Made by a program: the position numbers and the translations under genes. A DNA stretch of 63,928 bases, taken from Chiloscyllium plagiosum (taxonomy: Eukaryota). Where the stretch lies: positions 11,183,852-11,247,779 of the forward strand of contig NC_057753.1 in the NCBI RefSeq assembly GCF_004010195.1, read 5' to 3'. A model generated the notes under the pieces. That model did no database searches. It was not told where the DNA came from and saw nothing but the letters and a program-made list of their open reading frames with translations. Shown piece by piece: positions 13,180 to 26,499 of the stretch (positions within the stretch are counted from its first letter, which is position 1; each line of letters starts with the position of its first letter).

Positions 13180-14180
13180 GATTTGAGATTCTTGCTTCCT
13201 GTGTGGATGAGAGTGGGGCTGTAGGGAGGCATTCATGAGGTGAGAGAAAAGAGAAGTGTCGGTGCTATTGAAGATAAGGTAGTCTGGGAAATAGAGACTC
13301 TTTCCTGTTGCCAGAACCAAGAGCCCCGAAGGCTGTGCTGCCTGCCTGGTGCTTGGCTTCAGGATATTCATCTGGGCTGCAGGGAAACTCTGCATGGGAG
13401 AGGGACGATCCAGTCAGAAAGAGGAAAAAGGTCCTGCTGACGGAATATGAACAGCTTGGGGCTAAATTAGAAAACGTAACAAAATAGGTAATAATCTCTG
13501 GATTACTCGCTGATCCATAAGAAATTGGTATAGTGTCAGCAAGATTAATGAGGTAAACATGTGGCTGAAAGGTTCACGTGGGAGAAATGGCTTCAATTTC
13601 CTTGGATGTTGACTTCAGTACTGGGGAAGGACAGAGTTGTTCTGATGGGTTGGGCTTCACATGAATGATGCTGGAAACAATATCCTGGAGAACATCATAA
13701 CCGGGACCTGCAGATAGGACTTTAAACTTAATCGTGGGTGTTGGGGTCAAGTGCACAGAAAATTATGGGAAGTCTTAAAGTGGGGGGAGATCTCAGCACA
13801 GATTAAAGTTTCCATAACAAGTAATAGGAGAGAAAGCTTGGGAAGTTTTAGAAAGGGTTCAGAGGAGATTTACTAGGATGTTGCCTGGTATGGAGGGAAG
13901 ATCTTATGAGGCAAGGCTGAGGGACTTGAGGCTGTTTTCATTAGAGAGAAGAAGCTTGAGAGGTGACTTAATTCATACATAGAAGATAATCATTGGGTTA
14001 GATAGGTTGGAAAGTGAGAGCCTTTTTCGTCAGATGGCTACCATGAGGGGACATAGCTTCAAATTGAGGGGTGATAGATACAGGACAGATGTCAGGGGTA
14101 GTTTCTTTACTCAGAGAATAGCGAAGGCTTGGAACGCCCTGCCTGCAACAGTAGTAGACTCGCCGATTTTAAGGGCATTG
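13180..14180 (+). mobile_element. Old CR1 ORF1 remnant followed by a CR1 3' fragment
   Basis: RRLCCLPGA motif; RGHSFKLRGDRYRTDVRGSFFTQR. Confidence 0.75.
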
Positions 14181-14199
14181 AAGAAACAAAGGAAGAAAA

Positions 14200-15250
14200 T
14201 GGAAAAGCCGACGTACCCCTCATTGCATTAGAGCCATCTCAATACCAGAAACTTGGTTGTTTGTGCTACGTACCCTTGAGAATCCATCACCCCTTACATT
14301 TTCCAAAACAGCATACCTGCTTGAAATGGGTATATCCACAAAAGACTCCTGCCCTTGGTGCCTACCTCTCTTACCCTTTTGGAGTTAACCCATCTATGTG
14401 ACTGTATCTGAGACATTTCCCCCCTTCCTATAACTGCCATCCATCACATACTGTTGCTGTTGCAAATTCCTCATCGATTCTATCTGTCTCTCCAACCGAT
14501 CCACTCGATCTGATAAGACTTGCATCCAACAGCATTTATGGCAGATATAATCCGCAGTAACCCTTAAACTCTCTTTAAACTCCCACATCTGACAAGAAGT
14601 GGGCGGCATGGTGGCACAGTGGTTAGCACTGCTGCCTTACAGCGCCAGAGACCCGGGTTCAATCCCCGCCTGTCTGTGTGAAGTTTGCACATTCTCCCCG
14701 TGTCTGTGTGGGTTTCCTCCCACAGTCCAAAAATGTGCAGGTTAGATGAATTGGCCATGCTAAATTGCCCATAGTGTTAGGGGAATGGGTCCGGGTAGGT
14801 TGCTCATCGACGGTCGGTGTGGACTTGTTGGGCCGAAGGGCCTGTTTCCACATTGTAAGTAATCTAATCTAATCTAAAAAAAAGCACATATCACTGTACT
14901 AGAGGCCATTTTTGCTCCTTCATAATCTACAGACCCAGAAAATAACACCGTCTTATTCCTCTAGAAAACACCGCACCAAGTTAAATTAATAGTTAAGGCT
15001 TATATTTTAAGTTCAATCAAGAGACTTATCTCCAAAAACATATAATCAAGGAAGAACCCACTGTACTCACTAATACAGCCTTTCTCTTGGACAGACTTTA
15101 AACAACAATTAACTTATCTGATTCTGTGTTGTGAACTTCGCCCAAACAGGTTCCTCCAAGATTAGTTGTGAAGTTCACTGTTTGTTAATTTTCCCAGATG
15201 GACTCCGATGTCCAGCGACACATAATTCAAAAACAGCAAAGGCAGTTAAC
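14200..15250 (-). mobile_element. CR1 5' end / ORF1 N-terminus, interrupted by a SINE
   Basis: SCQMWEF..DYICHKC..DRVDRLERQIE (zinc-knuckle and coiled-coil of CR1 ORF1); homologous to 41350-42100. Confidence 0.8.
14600..14877 (+). mobile_element. HE1/V-SINE-type SINE
   Basis: Same family as 7577-7890; (ATCTA)n tail. Confidence 0.85.
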
Positions 15251-15314
15251 AGCGGATTTCAAGTAAGAAACTCATGAAATGTCTGCGCAATTTTGTTTTG
15301 TAGCAGATTGTAGC

Positions 15315-15503
15315 AGCTGAAAATGTGTTGCTGGAAAAGCGCAGCAGGTCAGGCAGCATCCAGGGAACAGGAGAATGTCCTGAAGGGCTTATGCCCGAAA
15401 CGTCGATTCTCCTGTTCCCTGGATGCTGCCTGACCTGCTGCGCTTTTCCAGCAACACATTTTCAGCTCTGATCTCCAGCATCTGCAGCCCTCGCTTTCTC
15501 CTC
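15315..15503. mobile_element. Palindromic Penelope-terminus-derived insert with central hammerhead remnant
   Basis: Perfect 62-bp inverted repeat (15315-15376 / 15406-15467). 15-bp TSD agcagattgtagcag at 15302-15316 and 15504-15518. Confidence 0.85.
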
Positions 15504-15519
15504 AGCAGATTGTAGCAGA

Positions 15520-18510
15520 CTAAGGAACAGGCAATCCTGGATGTAGTGATATGTAATGACTTTATTAGGGGGGTGAAGGAACCCCCAGGGAGGCAGTAAC
15601 CATAATATAATAGAGTTCACCCTGCAGTTGAGAGGGAGAAGATTGAATCAGATATAACAGCATTACAATTGTAAAGGTAATAACAAAGACTGGGTGGAGG
15701 TGGTCAGAGTTGATTGCAAGGGGGAGCCTAGCAGGGAAAATAGTGGAGCAGCAATGATTGGATTAGATTAGATTAGATTAGATTACTTACAGTGTGGAAA
15801 CAGGCCCTTCGGCCCAACAAGTCCACAGCGACCCGCCGAAGCGTAACCCACCCATTCCCGTACATTTGCCCCTTTACCTAACACTACAGGCAATTTAGCA
15901 TGGCCAATTCACCTGACCTGCACATCTTTGGACTGTGGGAGGAAACCGAAGCACCCGGAGGAAACCCACGCAGACACGGGGAGAATGTTCAAACACCACA
16001 CAGTCAGTCGCCTGAGTCGGGAATTGAACCCGGGTCTCTGACGCTGTGAGGCAGCAGTGCTAACCACTGTGCCACCGTGCCGTCCAATGGCAGAAGTTTC
16101 TGGGGTAATTCAGAAGACACTGCAGACAGTCATCCCAAGGAAGAAGAAATATTCCAAGGGGAGGATAAGGCAACCATGGCTGACAGAGGAAGGCAGGGAG
16201 AGCACAAAATCAGAAGAAAAGGCATAAAATGTGGTGAAGATTAGTGGAAGCCAGAAGATTGCTATTTTCTGAAGGCTTCCCAAAGGATAGGTTCAAAAAA
16301 GAAACAACAACAATAAGAGGAAAAGATGAAATACAAGAGTAAGCTAGCCACGAATATGAAAGAAGACTGCAGGAGATTTTCTTGAATATCTGAAAGGTTA
16401 CAGAGAAGCAAGAGTGCACATTGGACAGCTGGAAAATAAGGCTGGTGAAGTAGTAATGGGGAACAAAGAAATGGTGGAAGATCTGAAGAGGTATTTTCCA
16501 TAAGTTCTCACCGTGGAAGACACCAGCAGCATACCAGAACTCCAGGTATGGAGCAGTAGTGAGTGCACTGGCCATCAGCAAGGTGAAGGTGCTGGGCAGC
16601 TGATGCTGGATAAATCACCAAGACCGGATAGACTCTACCCCAGAGTTCTGAAGGAGGTAGCTGAGGAGATTGGAGAGGCATTGGGGATGATCTGTAGAAT
16701 CAGCAGAGTCAGAGAAGGTCCCAGATGACTGGAAAATGGCTAATGCAACACCCCTGTTTAAGAAAGAAGGGAGGTAGAGGCAGGAAATTGTCGGCAAGAT
16801 AGTTCGAGGTCAGTTGCTGGGAAGGTTTTAGACTCCCATATTAAGAATGAGACTGCAGAGTACTTGGAAGTGCATGGTAAAATAGGACAGAGTCAGCACG
16901 GCTTCATCAAGGGGAGCTCATGCCTGACAAATCTGTTCAATTTCCTTGAGGTGGTAACAAACAAGTTCGACAAAGGAGAGCCAGTGGATGTGATCTACTT
17001 GGGTTTCCAGAAGACCTTTGTTAAGGTACTGCACAGCAGGCTGTTAAATAAGGTGTTAGTGGCAAGGCAGAGGATTGGCTGCCTGGCAGAAGGCAGAGAA
17101 TCAGTATAAAGGGGTCGTTTACAAAATGGCAGCCGGTGACTTCCACAGGGGTCAGGGTTAGGACCACAACTATCCACATTATGCATTAACAATCCAGACA
17201 AAGGAACAGAGGGCATTGTTGTCATGTTTGCAGATGACACAGAAGTGAGTGGAGGGACAGGTAGTGTTGAGGAAGGGAGCAGGGGGGGCAGAAGGATTTG
17301 ACAGGCCATGAGAGTGGACAAAGAAATGGCAGATGGAATACAGTTTGGGAAACTGAGGTTATGCACTTTAGGAGATAGAATAAAGGCGTAGATCCCTGAA
17401 CAAGGAAAGGATTCAAAAACCTGAAGGGCAAAAGGGACTTTGGGAGTCCTAGTTCAGGAATTCTCTTAAGGTTAAGATGCAATTTGGCAGTTTTGACGGA
17501 AAATGCCATTTGAACATTTATTTCAAGTGGGCCCGAATACAAGAGCAGAGATGTACTGCAGAGACTGTACCAGAACAGGTCAGACTGCATTTGCAATATT
17601 GTGAGGCATTGGACGAAGCTCAGAGTAAGTTTACAAGAATGATCCCAGAATGAAGGGCTTTTCATAAAAATAGCAGTTGAGGACTCTGGGTCTGTATTCG
17701 ATGGTGTTTAGAATGATGAGGGAATATAGGAAGGATATAAAGGGAGGTTAAAGTGGATGAGGAGTAGTGTTTTTGATTAAGGAAAACATTGCTGCTGCAA
17801 GTAGAGCAAATATCTGGGTTGAAATAAAGGAATGATCACCTTGATGGGATTGTACCTTCTCCCTAACGCCCCCGTCTCCCCACCCCCACCACTCCCCAAT
17901 AGTCAGAGGGAGACTGAGGAACAAATGTGCAGAGAGATTTCAGGTATATGTAAGGATAATATGGTTGTAATATTGGGTGAGTATAATTTTTCAAACATTG
18001 AGACTGCCTTGATGGGATTGTACCACAGGCCCCCCCAATAGTAGGAGAGAAACTGAGGAACAAATATGCAGAAAGATTTCAGGTATATGTTAGGATAATA
18101 AGGTTGTAACATTGAGTGACTTACATTTTTCAAATAGTGACTGGGACAACATTGTGTTAAAGGCTTAAATGGAGAAGAATTGTCAAATACGTTCAAGAAA
18201 ACTTTTTAATCAACATGTAAACGTTCCTACTTTAGAAGGAGCAAGACCTGACCTTCTCTTAGACAATAAGACAGGGTGAGTGACTGAACTGATAGTAGGA
18301 GAACATTTTGGGTTCAGTAATCACAATTGTATCAATTTTAAACAGTTATGAAAAAGGATAAGCCTTCCGTAAAAGTTGAAGTTTTAATTGAAGTAAGGCA
18401 AATTTTAAATGGTGAGACAAGAACTGCCAAAAGTTTACTGGTGTAGACTGTTAACAGGTAAACGGACGTCTGATAAGTGAGAAGCTTTTGGAAGTGTGAT
18501 AACAAGAAAT
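15520..18510 (+). mobile_element. Old CR1 ORF2 fragments with a SINE insertion at 15757-16085 (-)
   Basis: DKSPRPDRLYPRVLKEV, GQSQHGFIKGSSCLTNL and FADDT-like motifs. Confidence 0.8.
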
Positions 18511-18514
18511 CAGA

Positions 18515-21200
18515 GCCATTATAACACCATGAGATTTAGCAGCATAAAGTAGGCCATTCGGCCCATCAAGTCTGCTCCGCCATTGGCTAACACATTTTTC
18601 AACTCCATTTGCCCACTTGATCCCCTTGACAATCAAGAACTTTTCTATCTCTGTTTTAAATATACTCAATAACCTGGCCTCCACCACCTTCTGTGATATT
18701 GAATTCCACAGTTTACCGCTCTCTGGCTGCAGACGTTTCTCCTTACCTCTGTTCCAAAAGGTCTTCCCTTTACTCTAAGGTTGTGGCCTTGGGTCCTAGC
18801 TTGTCCTGCCATTTGAGACATCTTCCCAACGGCCACTCTGTCCAGCATCGTCCCAGAGTCCTCAAACATTCCTCATCTATTAAGTCTTTCATCCTGAACC
18901 TCCTCTAGACCTGCTCCAGGCCAGGACATCCTTCCTGAGGTATGGGCCCAAACATGCTCACAATATTTTAAATGTGGTCTGAACAGAGCTTTAATAGACC
19001 CTCAAATGTATATTCCTGCTTTTATATTCCAGTTCTCTCGAGATGAATGACAACATTGTGTCTGCCTTCCTAATCACCGACTCAACCTGCAAGCCTGCTC
19101 TGAGAGAGAAACCTGGGCTGGGATTTGCAAATCCATTGGCACTTCATGTTTCCAAATGTGGAGAAATTCAGAAAATAGTCCATGCCTCTATTCCTCCTAC
19201 CCAAGTGCACGACGAGTTAGAGTGAAAGGTAAGGCTGGTATTAAAGATTAAAGAACTGTGGATGAATAAAGATATTGAGGTGCTAGTGAAGAATGGAAAA
19301 GAATCATATATTCTTGGATTCAAATGAATTTCTTATGGGGGAGTTCTTCAGAGGGAGATCAGGAAGGCAAAAGTTGATATGAGATAGCCTGATCTACAAA
19401 GGCTAAGGATAATCCAAAGAGATTCTCAGAGTACATATGGAGCAAGAGAGCAACGAGGGAGAGAGTTAGGGACCTTAAAGATTAAGGAGGTTACCTCTGT
19501 GTTGAAACTCGGCAGGCAGGAGAGATATTAAATGAATATTTCATGTCAGCTTTTATTGTGAAGATAGCCAGTTGGGAAGCTGGACAGTTCCTATTTGACC
19601 AAGTGCCAAAGAAACGGAAACTAAGTGATGTTTCTGATGGCTGGGTTGACTTTAAAGTGTGTGGATTCAGGCTACACTTAGAGTCTTTGTGTTCCCAGGA
19701 CAGGAGTGTTTGAGTTATGAGGAGAGACTGGATAGCTGGGACTTCTTTCACTGAAGCATGAAAGAGGGGTGAGGGGTAACTTTATAGAGGTTTATAAAAT
19801 TGTGAGGGATATAGATAAGATGAATAGACTAATGAGTAAAGTTAGAGCACATGGGATTCGGGGTGAGTTTTCCAACTGGATACAAAATTCACTTAATAAC
19901 ACCAGACGGAGTGTGGTGGTACAGAGTTACATTTCAGACTGGAGACCTAGGACCAGCGGTGTTCCACAGGTATTGGTGCTGGGTCCACTTTTCTTTGTCA
20001 TTTACACAAATGATTTAGATGAGAATATAGAAGATGTAGTTAGTCAGTGTGTGGATGACACCAAAATTGGTGGTACATTTAACAGTGAAGAAGGTTATCT
20101 AAGATTACAAAGATATACTACCAATTGGGTCTACGGGCTGAGGAGTGGCAGATGGAGTTTAACTGGAAAACAAACAAAGCGGGTAGGAATTGTACAGTTC
20201 AAGGTACGACCTTGGATAGTGTTGTAGAACAGAGAGACTGAAGGGTTTAGTGACCTAATTCTTTGAAGTTTGCACCATATGTAGACAGGATGGTTAAGAA
20301 GGCTTTTAGTATGTTTACCTTCATTACTCAGACCTTTTGTGTTGGATTTGGGACATTATGATGAGGTTGTACAGTACATGAGGTTCTGGAGTACTGCATC
20401 CTGTTATAGTAAAGATGTTATTAAGCTGGAGAGAGTTCAGGATGTTACTAGGAATGGAAGGATTGAATTCTAAGGAGAGGCTGGGATTTCTTTCACAGGA
20501 GCATAGGAGGTTGCATTTGACATTATACAGTTTTATAAAATCCTGAGGGATATAGATAAGGTCAACTGCAAGTGTCCTTTCTCCCGGGTGAAGAATTTCA
20601 AAACTAGGGGTGAGAGGACAAAGATTTAAAACAGATTTAAAACAGACATGAAGGGCAACTTGTTTTTTTTCCACACAGAGTTTCATGTGTAGAATGAAGT
20701 TCCAGAAAAAGTGGTGAATGTGGGTCCAAGTTACAACATTTAAAATACATTTGGACATGAATAGGAAAGGTTTAGAGGGATATGGGCAATTGCAGGCAGT
20801 GGATCTACTTTTCATTTGGAACATGGTTGGCATGGACTGGTTGGGACTGAGGAGTCTGTTTCCATGCCTCTATGCAATTGAAATATACATAATACTGAGA
20901 GGCCTGGATAGAGTCAATGTGAAGAAGATGTTTCAAAGAGTACGAGATACTGGCAACTGAGGGCACAGCCTCAGAGTGAAGGGATGGCTCTTTTGACCTG
21001 AGGTGAGGAGGAATTTCTCCAGTGAGTGGGTGGTGATTCTGTGCAATTCATTGCTGTAAGTGGCTGTGGTCACTAGAGAGGTTCTTGAATGGTTATGGGA
21101 GAAAGTAGAAGGCAGGGGAATGGGACTGAGAAACATATCAGTCATGCTCAAATGGAGGAGAAGTCTCAATGGGCCAAATAACCTAATACTGCTACTGCAT
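18515..21200. mobile_element. Mosaic of decayed CR1 fragments on both strands
   Basis: SGVPQVLVLGPLFFVIYTNDLD, CVDDTKIGG and several CR1 3' ends. Confidence 0.8.
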
Positions 21201-21375
21201 CGGATGATCTTATGGTTATTATGGATGACTTCAATCTGCTCATAGATTGAGCAAATCAAATCAGTAATAATACCATAGGAGACATTCCTGGAGTGTCAAT
21301 GAGATGTTTTTTAGATCGATACATTAAAGTCCCAAATGGAGGATGGGTCAACCTCGACTACATACTGTATAATGG

Positions 21376-21585
21376 CTGGGGGTGGGTTAGCTCAATTGGG
21401 TGGACTGCTTGTTTGTGATGCAGAGTGACACCAACAGCACGTGCTCAGTCCCTGCACTGGCTGAGGTCACCATGGAGGTCCCATATTCTTAACTTTGCCC
21501 CTTGCCTGAGGCACTGTGACTCTCAGGTTAAAGCAGTGAGAGAGCAGTCCTATAATCTTTTGGAACAATGGCAAATTTAATTTCA
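21376..21585 (+). mobile_element. Second tRNA-derived SINE family copy (degenerate)
   Basis: A-box-like ggttagctcaattgg, B-box-like gctcagtccc, body distinct from HE1, ending ..ggcaaatttaattt. Confidence 0.55.
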
Positions 21586-21589
21586 ATTT

Positions 21590-23520
21590 TTTATGTTGTG
21601 CAATGAGAAGGGAATAACTGGCAATCTAGCTGTGAGAGGCCCCTTGTGGAAGAGTGAAGAACTCTGAATGATGGAGACTGACAGATTTGATTCTGAGACA
21701 AGGGGTCAAATCTAAATAGAGAAAATTACGATGCTATGAAAGGTAAGCAGACCGCAACAATTTAGAGAACATAACTTTTAAAGGGATGACAAACATTGAA
21801 AGATCACATTGAGGAACAGTGACTGTTGTTCATTCCTGTCTGGCACAAAATAAAATGGAAAACGTGGCCCTGCCAGGGATAGGACTGGATCCAAGGAGGA
21901 GGAGTACAAATTGGCTAAAAAGAACGGCAGACCTGAAGACTGGGAGCAGTTCATATTTCAGCACAAGAGGACTAACTGATTGATTAAGAGGGAAATATCA
22001 AGTCGAAGAAGAAATTTGAGGGGACATACAAACTAATTGCAAGTGCTCCTAAAGGTATGTCATATGGAAAAAAAAGTTAATAAAGATCCTGTACAATGAG
22101 AAACAGGGCAAGTTATAATGCGGAAGAAAGAGATGGCATATCAATTAACTAAATATTTGCGTTTTTTCATCACACAGGATGACATGAATAATATCTCCAA
22201 TGCTGGGGAACACATGAGAGGGATAAACTGAAGGAAATCGTATGAGCAGGGAAATGGGGCTGGAAACATTGATGTGATTAAAAACAACAAATCCCAGCAC
22301 CTGTTAATCTATACCTCAGATTATTTAAACTCATCCTTGATGCAGTAAATGCATTTGGAAAATTGAGTATTGAATCTACATTGAGTAAATTGATTGTCTA
22401 TAGACTCTGGAAAGCTTTCCCTGGATTGGAGGTGATTTTAAAAAGGAGGTGGAGAGAAAACACAATATGTAGACAGGCCAACAAGAGGTGAGGGGGGTAG
22501 GTTCTTCACTCAGTGAGTCGTTAGTTCATGGAATGCCCTGCCAGTAACAGTGGTGGACTCTCCCTCTTTATGGGCATTTAAGAGGGCATTGGATAGGTAT
22601 ATGGAGGATAGTGGGTTAGTGTAGTTTAGGTGGGCTTGGATCGGCGCAACATCGAGGGCCCAAGGGCCTGTACTGCGCTGTATTCTTCTATGTTCTATGT
22701 TCTAAAACATGGAATGATAGACCAATTAACCCAACACTGAAAAACAGTGACAGGATTGGATAGAGTCAGTCAGCATGGATTTACAAACCTGAAGTGAGGA
22801 ACGAGACAAATCACTGAAAGCAAGCATGCTGGTGTAGCAGAAGGTGAGGGAGGCAAATGGTATGTTGACCGTTGTAGTGAGAGGATTTGAATACAGGAGC
22901 AGCGATGTCTTGCTGAAATTTTACAGGGTTTTGGCGAGACCACACCTGGAATGCTATGTGCAGTTTTGGAATCCTTATCTGATGAAGGATGTTCTGCCTA
23001 TGGAGGCTACACAACAAAGATTTGACACACTGATTCCTGGAATGGCAGGACTGACAAATGAGGGCAGAATGGATTGGGTAGAATGAAATCCACTGAAGTT
23101 TAGGAGAATGAAATAGGATGTCACAGAGACCAATAAAATTCAAAAAGGATTAACAAGGTAAATGCAGGAAGGATGCTGTCAATGATCAGGGAGTCCAGAA
23201 CCCGGGGGAGGGGGGTCACAGTTTACAGTTATGAGGTAAGCCATTTAGTACTGAGATGAGGACTTTTTTTTTTAACTCAGACACTGGTGACCCTGAGAAA
23301 TTTCCTGCCACAGAAAGCAATAAAAGCCAGAACGTGGAATGTTTACAAATGAAGATGGATATAGTTCTGAGGGCTAAAGAAATCAAAGGGAATGCATCTA
23401 AAGTGGGAACAGGCCACTAAGTGGAATGATCACCCATGAGCATACTGAATAGTGGAGCAGGATCAAACACCACAACAACCTACTTCTGTTGCTATTCTCT
23501 ACATTTCTGCTCTGTTCAAG
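21590..23520 (+). mobile_element. Old CR1 ORF2 remnants with a short young CR1 3' insert at 22480-22705
   Basis: LARPHLECYVQFWNPY; tail ttctatgttctatgttcta at about 22700. Confidence 0.7.
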
Positions 23521-23839
23521 GTGGGATATAAAAACAAAATGACTGTAACTGACACAGATATCAGCACTACCTTATCACTAATGAATGAACATCCTCCAAC
23601 TCCTTACCGAACAGCATTCTGGGAGAATCTTCATCACATGGACGCAGCAGTTTGAGAAGGTGCAGAGTAATTCTGAAAGATTCTAGACTGTCTTCTCTGT
23701 CTCTTGTTTTCAATTCAGTTCTCAAATTGTTGAATGTTCTGAGAAAAACAACATAGTGTACAGGAAACAAGAAGATATCTTTGAACGTTTACTGATACTG
23801 GGAGAATGTAGGGGGTCACACCTGGCTCACAATCCACAT

Positions 23840-24000
23840 TAACTGTGCGCATGCTCCAGCACCCAGCCCGTCCGAACGATGACGTCACACGGCCCGCCGC
23901 AAGCAAGGGGCGGGGTTGGAGGACCTCGCTCTAACCAATCAGAGAGAATGGGGGGGGGTTACCTGACCAAACAGGAAATTGGCGCGGGCCATAATAGCAA
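23840..24000 (-). promoter_or_regulatory. CpG-rich promoter-like element
   Basis: NRF1-like tgcgcatgct (~23846), CRE tgacgtca (23880), GC box ggggcgggg (23907), CCAAT (23935). Orientation is inferred from the layout of the 31.9 kb promoter. Confidence 0.55.
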
Positions 24001-24721
24001 TAAACATGGGTGACCTTAATTCCACTCCCCTCCCTTCCCCAACCCCACTCCCATTCCCGGCTCCATTGTAAAGAAAGTTCAGAGAACTATAAACAATCCA
24101 TCAAATATGCCCCATAAAAGAACACGAGACATATCTTGGGTTTCAATTAATTTACAGTCGACGTAGTTTCTGTCTTTTCCTGGGAAACCATCTCTTTAAT
24201 TATGCGCATTAGGACAGGAGGCTATGCTTTTTGCCAGAAAAATAGCTGTGTCACTAACTGTTAGAAACGAAAATCGCTTCTCAATAATCGCTCTAGACAA
24301 ATTCAGGAAAACAAAGTTTTATTAACAAGTCAAGTCTGCAGAGTCGGGCACCCTTAAAGAAAAGCAAGGGGCGGGGCTGGAGGACCTCGCTCTAACCAAT
24401 CAGAGAGAATGGGGGGGGGGGTTACCTGACCAAACAGGAAATGGGCGCGGGCCATAATAGCAATAAACATGGGTGACCTTAATTCCACTCCCCTCCCTTC
24501 CCCAACTCCACTCCCATTCCCGGCTCCATTGTAAAGAAAGTTCAGAGAACTATAAACAATCCATCAAATATGCCCCATAAAAGAACACGAGACATATCTT
24601 GGGTTTCAATTAATTTACAGTCTACGTAGTTTCTGTCTTTTCCTGGGAAACCATCTCTTTAATTATGAGCATTAGGACAGGAGGCCATGCTTTTTGCCAG
24701 AAAAATAGCTGTGTCACTAAC
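23901..24721 (+). repeat. Direct duplication of about 358 bp (23901-24258 and 24363-24721) with a 104-bp spacer
   Basis: Near-identical copies from agcaaggggcgggg to aatagctgtgtcactaac, with about 7 differences. Confidence 0.95.
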
Positions 24722-24862
24722 CTTTGTTTGTTTCATGCATAAGAATACCCACATTCCTGAGCATCACACTGTTTTGGAGTTTCTCTGATTTTAATAGTAA
24801 TCTGCCTTCTAACTCTTCCGACCAAAGTGCAAGACCTCACACCCCTGACATGAAATTGCATC

Positions 24863-25049
24863 CAGGAGACAGTGAGGTTTGCAGATGCTGGAGATCAGAG
24901 TTGAGAGTGTGGTGCTGGAAAAGCACAGCAGGTCAGGCAGCATCCAAAGTACAGGAAAATGGACGATTCAGGCCGGAGCCCAATTCCTGATGAAGGGCAC
25001 CAGCCTGAAACGTCGATTTTCCTGCTCCTCGGATGCTGCCTGACCTGCG
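24863..25049. mobile_element. Palindromic Penelope-terminus-derived insert with hammerhead core
   Basis: ctgatgaagggcaccagcctgaaacgtc between inverted arms. 13-bp TSD atgaaattgcatc at 24850-24862 and 25050-25062. Confidence 0.85.
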
Positions 25050-25706
25050 ATGAAATTGCATCTGTCAAGTTTTTGCCCACTCACTCAACCCATTGATATC
25101 CTTTTGCAGATTCCCACGTCCTCATCACAACATGCCTTCCCACTTAATGTGTATTGTCAGCAAAATTGGACACATTTCACTCTGCCACTTCCTCCAAGTC
25201 ATTAATACAGAGATAAATAATTGAAATTCTATCTCTGATCATTCCAGCACTTCACTAAATATATCTTTTCAACTTGAAAAATACCCAATAATCCTGAGTC
25301 TGTGTCTTCTGTTAAATAAACAACTCATAATGCTCATGTATTACCCAACACTGTGATATGACCCTTTTTCAGGAATCCTGAAAAAGGGATTATGCCCGAA
25401 ACGTCAATTCTCCTGCTCCTCGGATGCTGCCTGGCCCGCTGCGCTTTTCCACCACCACACCTTTCAACTCAGTTTGACTACAACCATCTTTTTGAAAGGT
25501 CCTGCTATTTTTGTTTTATTTTACAATGGTGTCTAGCTTTTTCCAAATGACAGATGAGACATTGGAGAAGATGGAAGCCATTTGGCCCATCAGGTCAGCT
25601 ACACCTTTTAATGAGATCATGGCTGATTTGGTTAATCCTCAACTCCACTTTTCTGCCATATCCCGTGGCCCTCAATTCCCTAAGTGTCTGTCTATCTCAT
25701 TGTTGA

Positions 25707-26206
25707 NNNNNNNNNNNNNNNNNNNNNNNNNNNNNNNNNNNNNNNNNNNNNNNNNNNNNNNNNNNNNNNNNNNNNNNNNNNNNNNNNNNNNNNNNNNNNN
25801 NNNNNNNNNNNNNNNNNNNNNNNNNNNNNNNNNNNNNNNNNNNNNNNNNNNNNNNNNNNNNNNNNNNNNNNNNNNNNNNNNNNNNNNNNNNNNNNNNNNN
25901 NNNNNNNNNNNNNNNNNNNNNNNNNNNNNNNNNNNNNNNNNNNNNNNNNNNNNNNNNNNNNNNNNNNNNNNNNNNNNNNNNNNNNNNNNNNNNNNNNNNN
26001 NNNNNNNNNNNNNNNNNNNNNNNNNNNNNNNNNNNNNNNNNNNNNNNNNNNNNNNNNNNNNNNNNNNNNNNNNNNNNNNNNNNNNNNNNNNNNNNNNNNN
26101 NNNNNNNNNNNNNNNNNNNNNNNNNNNNNNNNNNNNNNNNNNNNNNNNNNNNNNNNNNNNNNNNNNNNNNNNNNNNNNNNNNNNNNNNNNNNNNNNNNNN
26201 NNNNNN
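25707..26206. other. Assembly gap (N run)
   Basis: Run of N. Confidence 1.
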
Positions 26207-26499
26207 GACATGAATAAAGGCTGCATTAATCTTTTATTATGAAGTTATACTCATACATCTCTAAACATAACTTACAAACCTGGTCAGAAGCAGCGTATGG
26301 GAATATAAACACTTGCTATTTTCCAACCAGGACTGATTTTGCATGGAAAACAAACATTTTACATTAAATGGGGTGCAATTTGTTTTATGATCAGGTGAAC
26401 TTAAGAGGCACTGAATTGGCTGAGAAACAAGAGATCCTTGACACACAAAGAGGCAAAATCATCACTGCGCCAGAATTAGCAAATTGGAATGAAGGCTGA

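Noticed and set aside
17839..18140. About 168-bp tandem duplication
   Set aside because: It lies wholly within a decayed CR1 endonuclease fragment, with no sign of function.
25511..26242. Long ORFs crossing N runs (also 45609-46363)
   Set aside because: Artefacts of assembly gaps.
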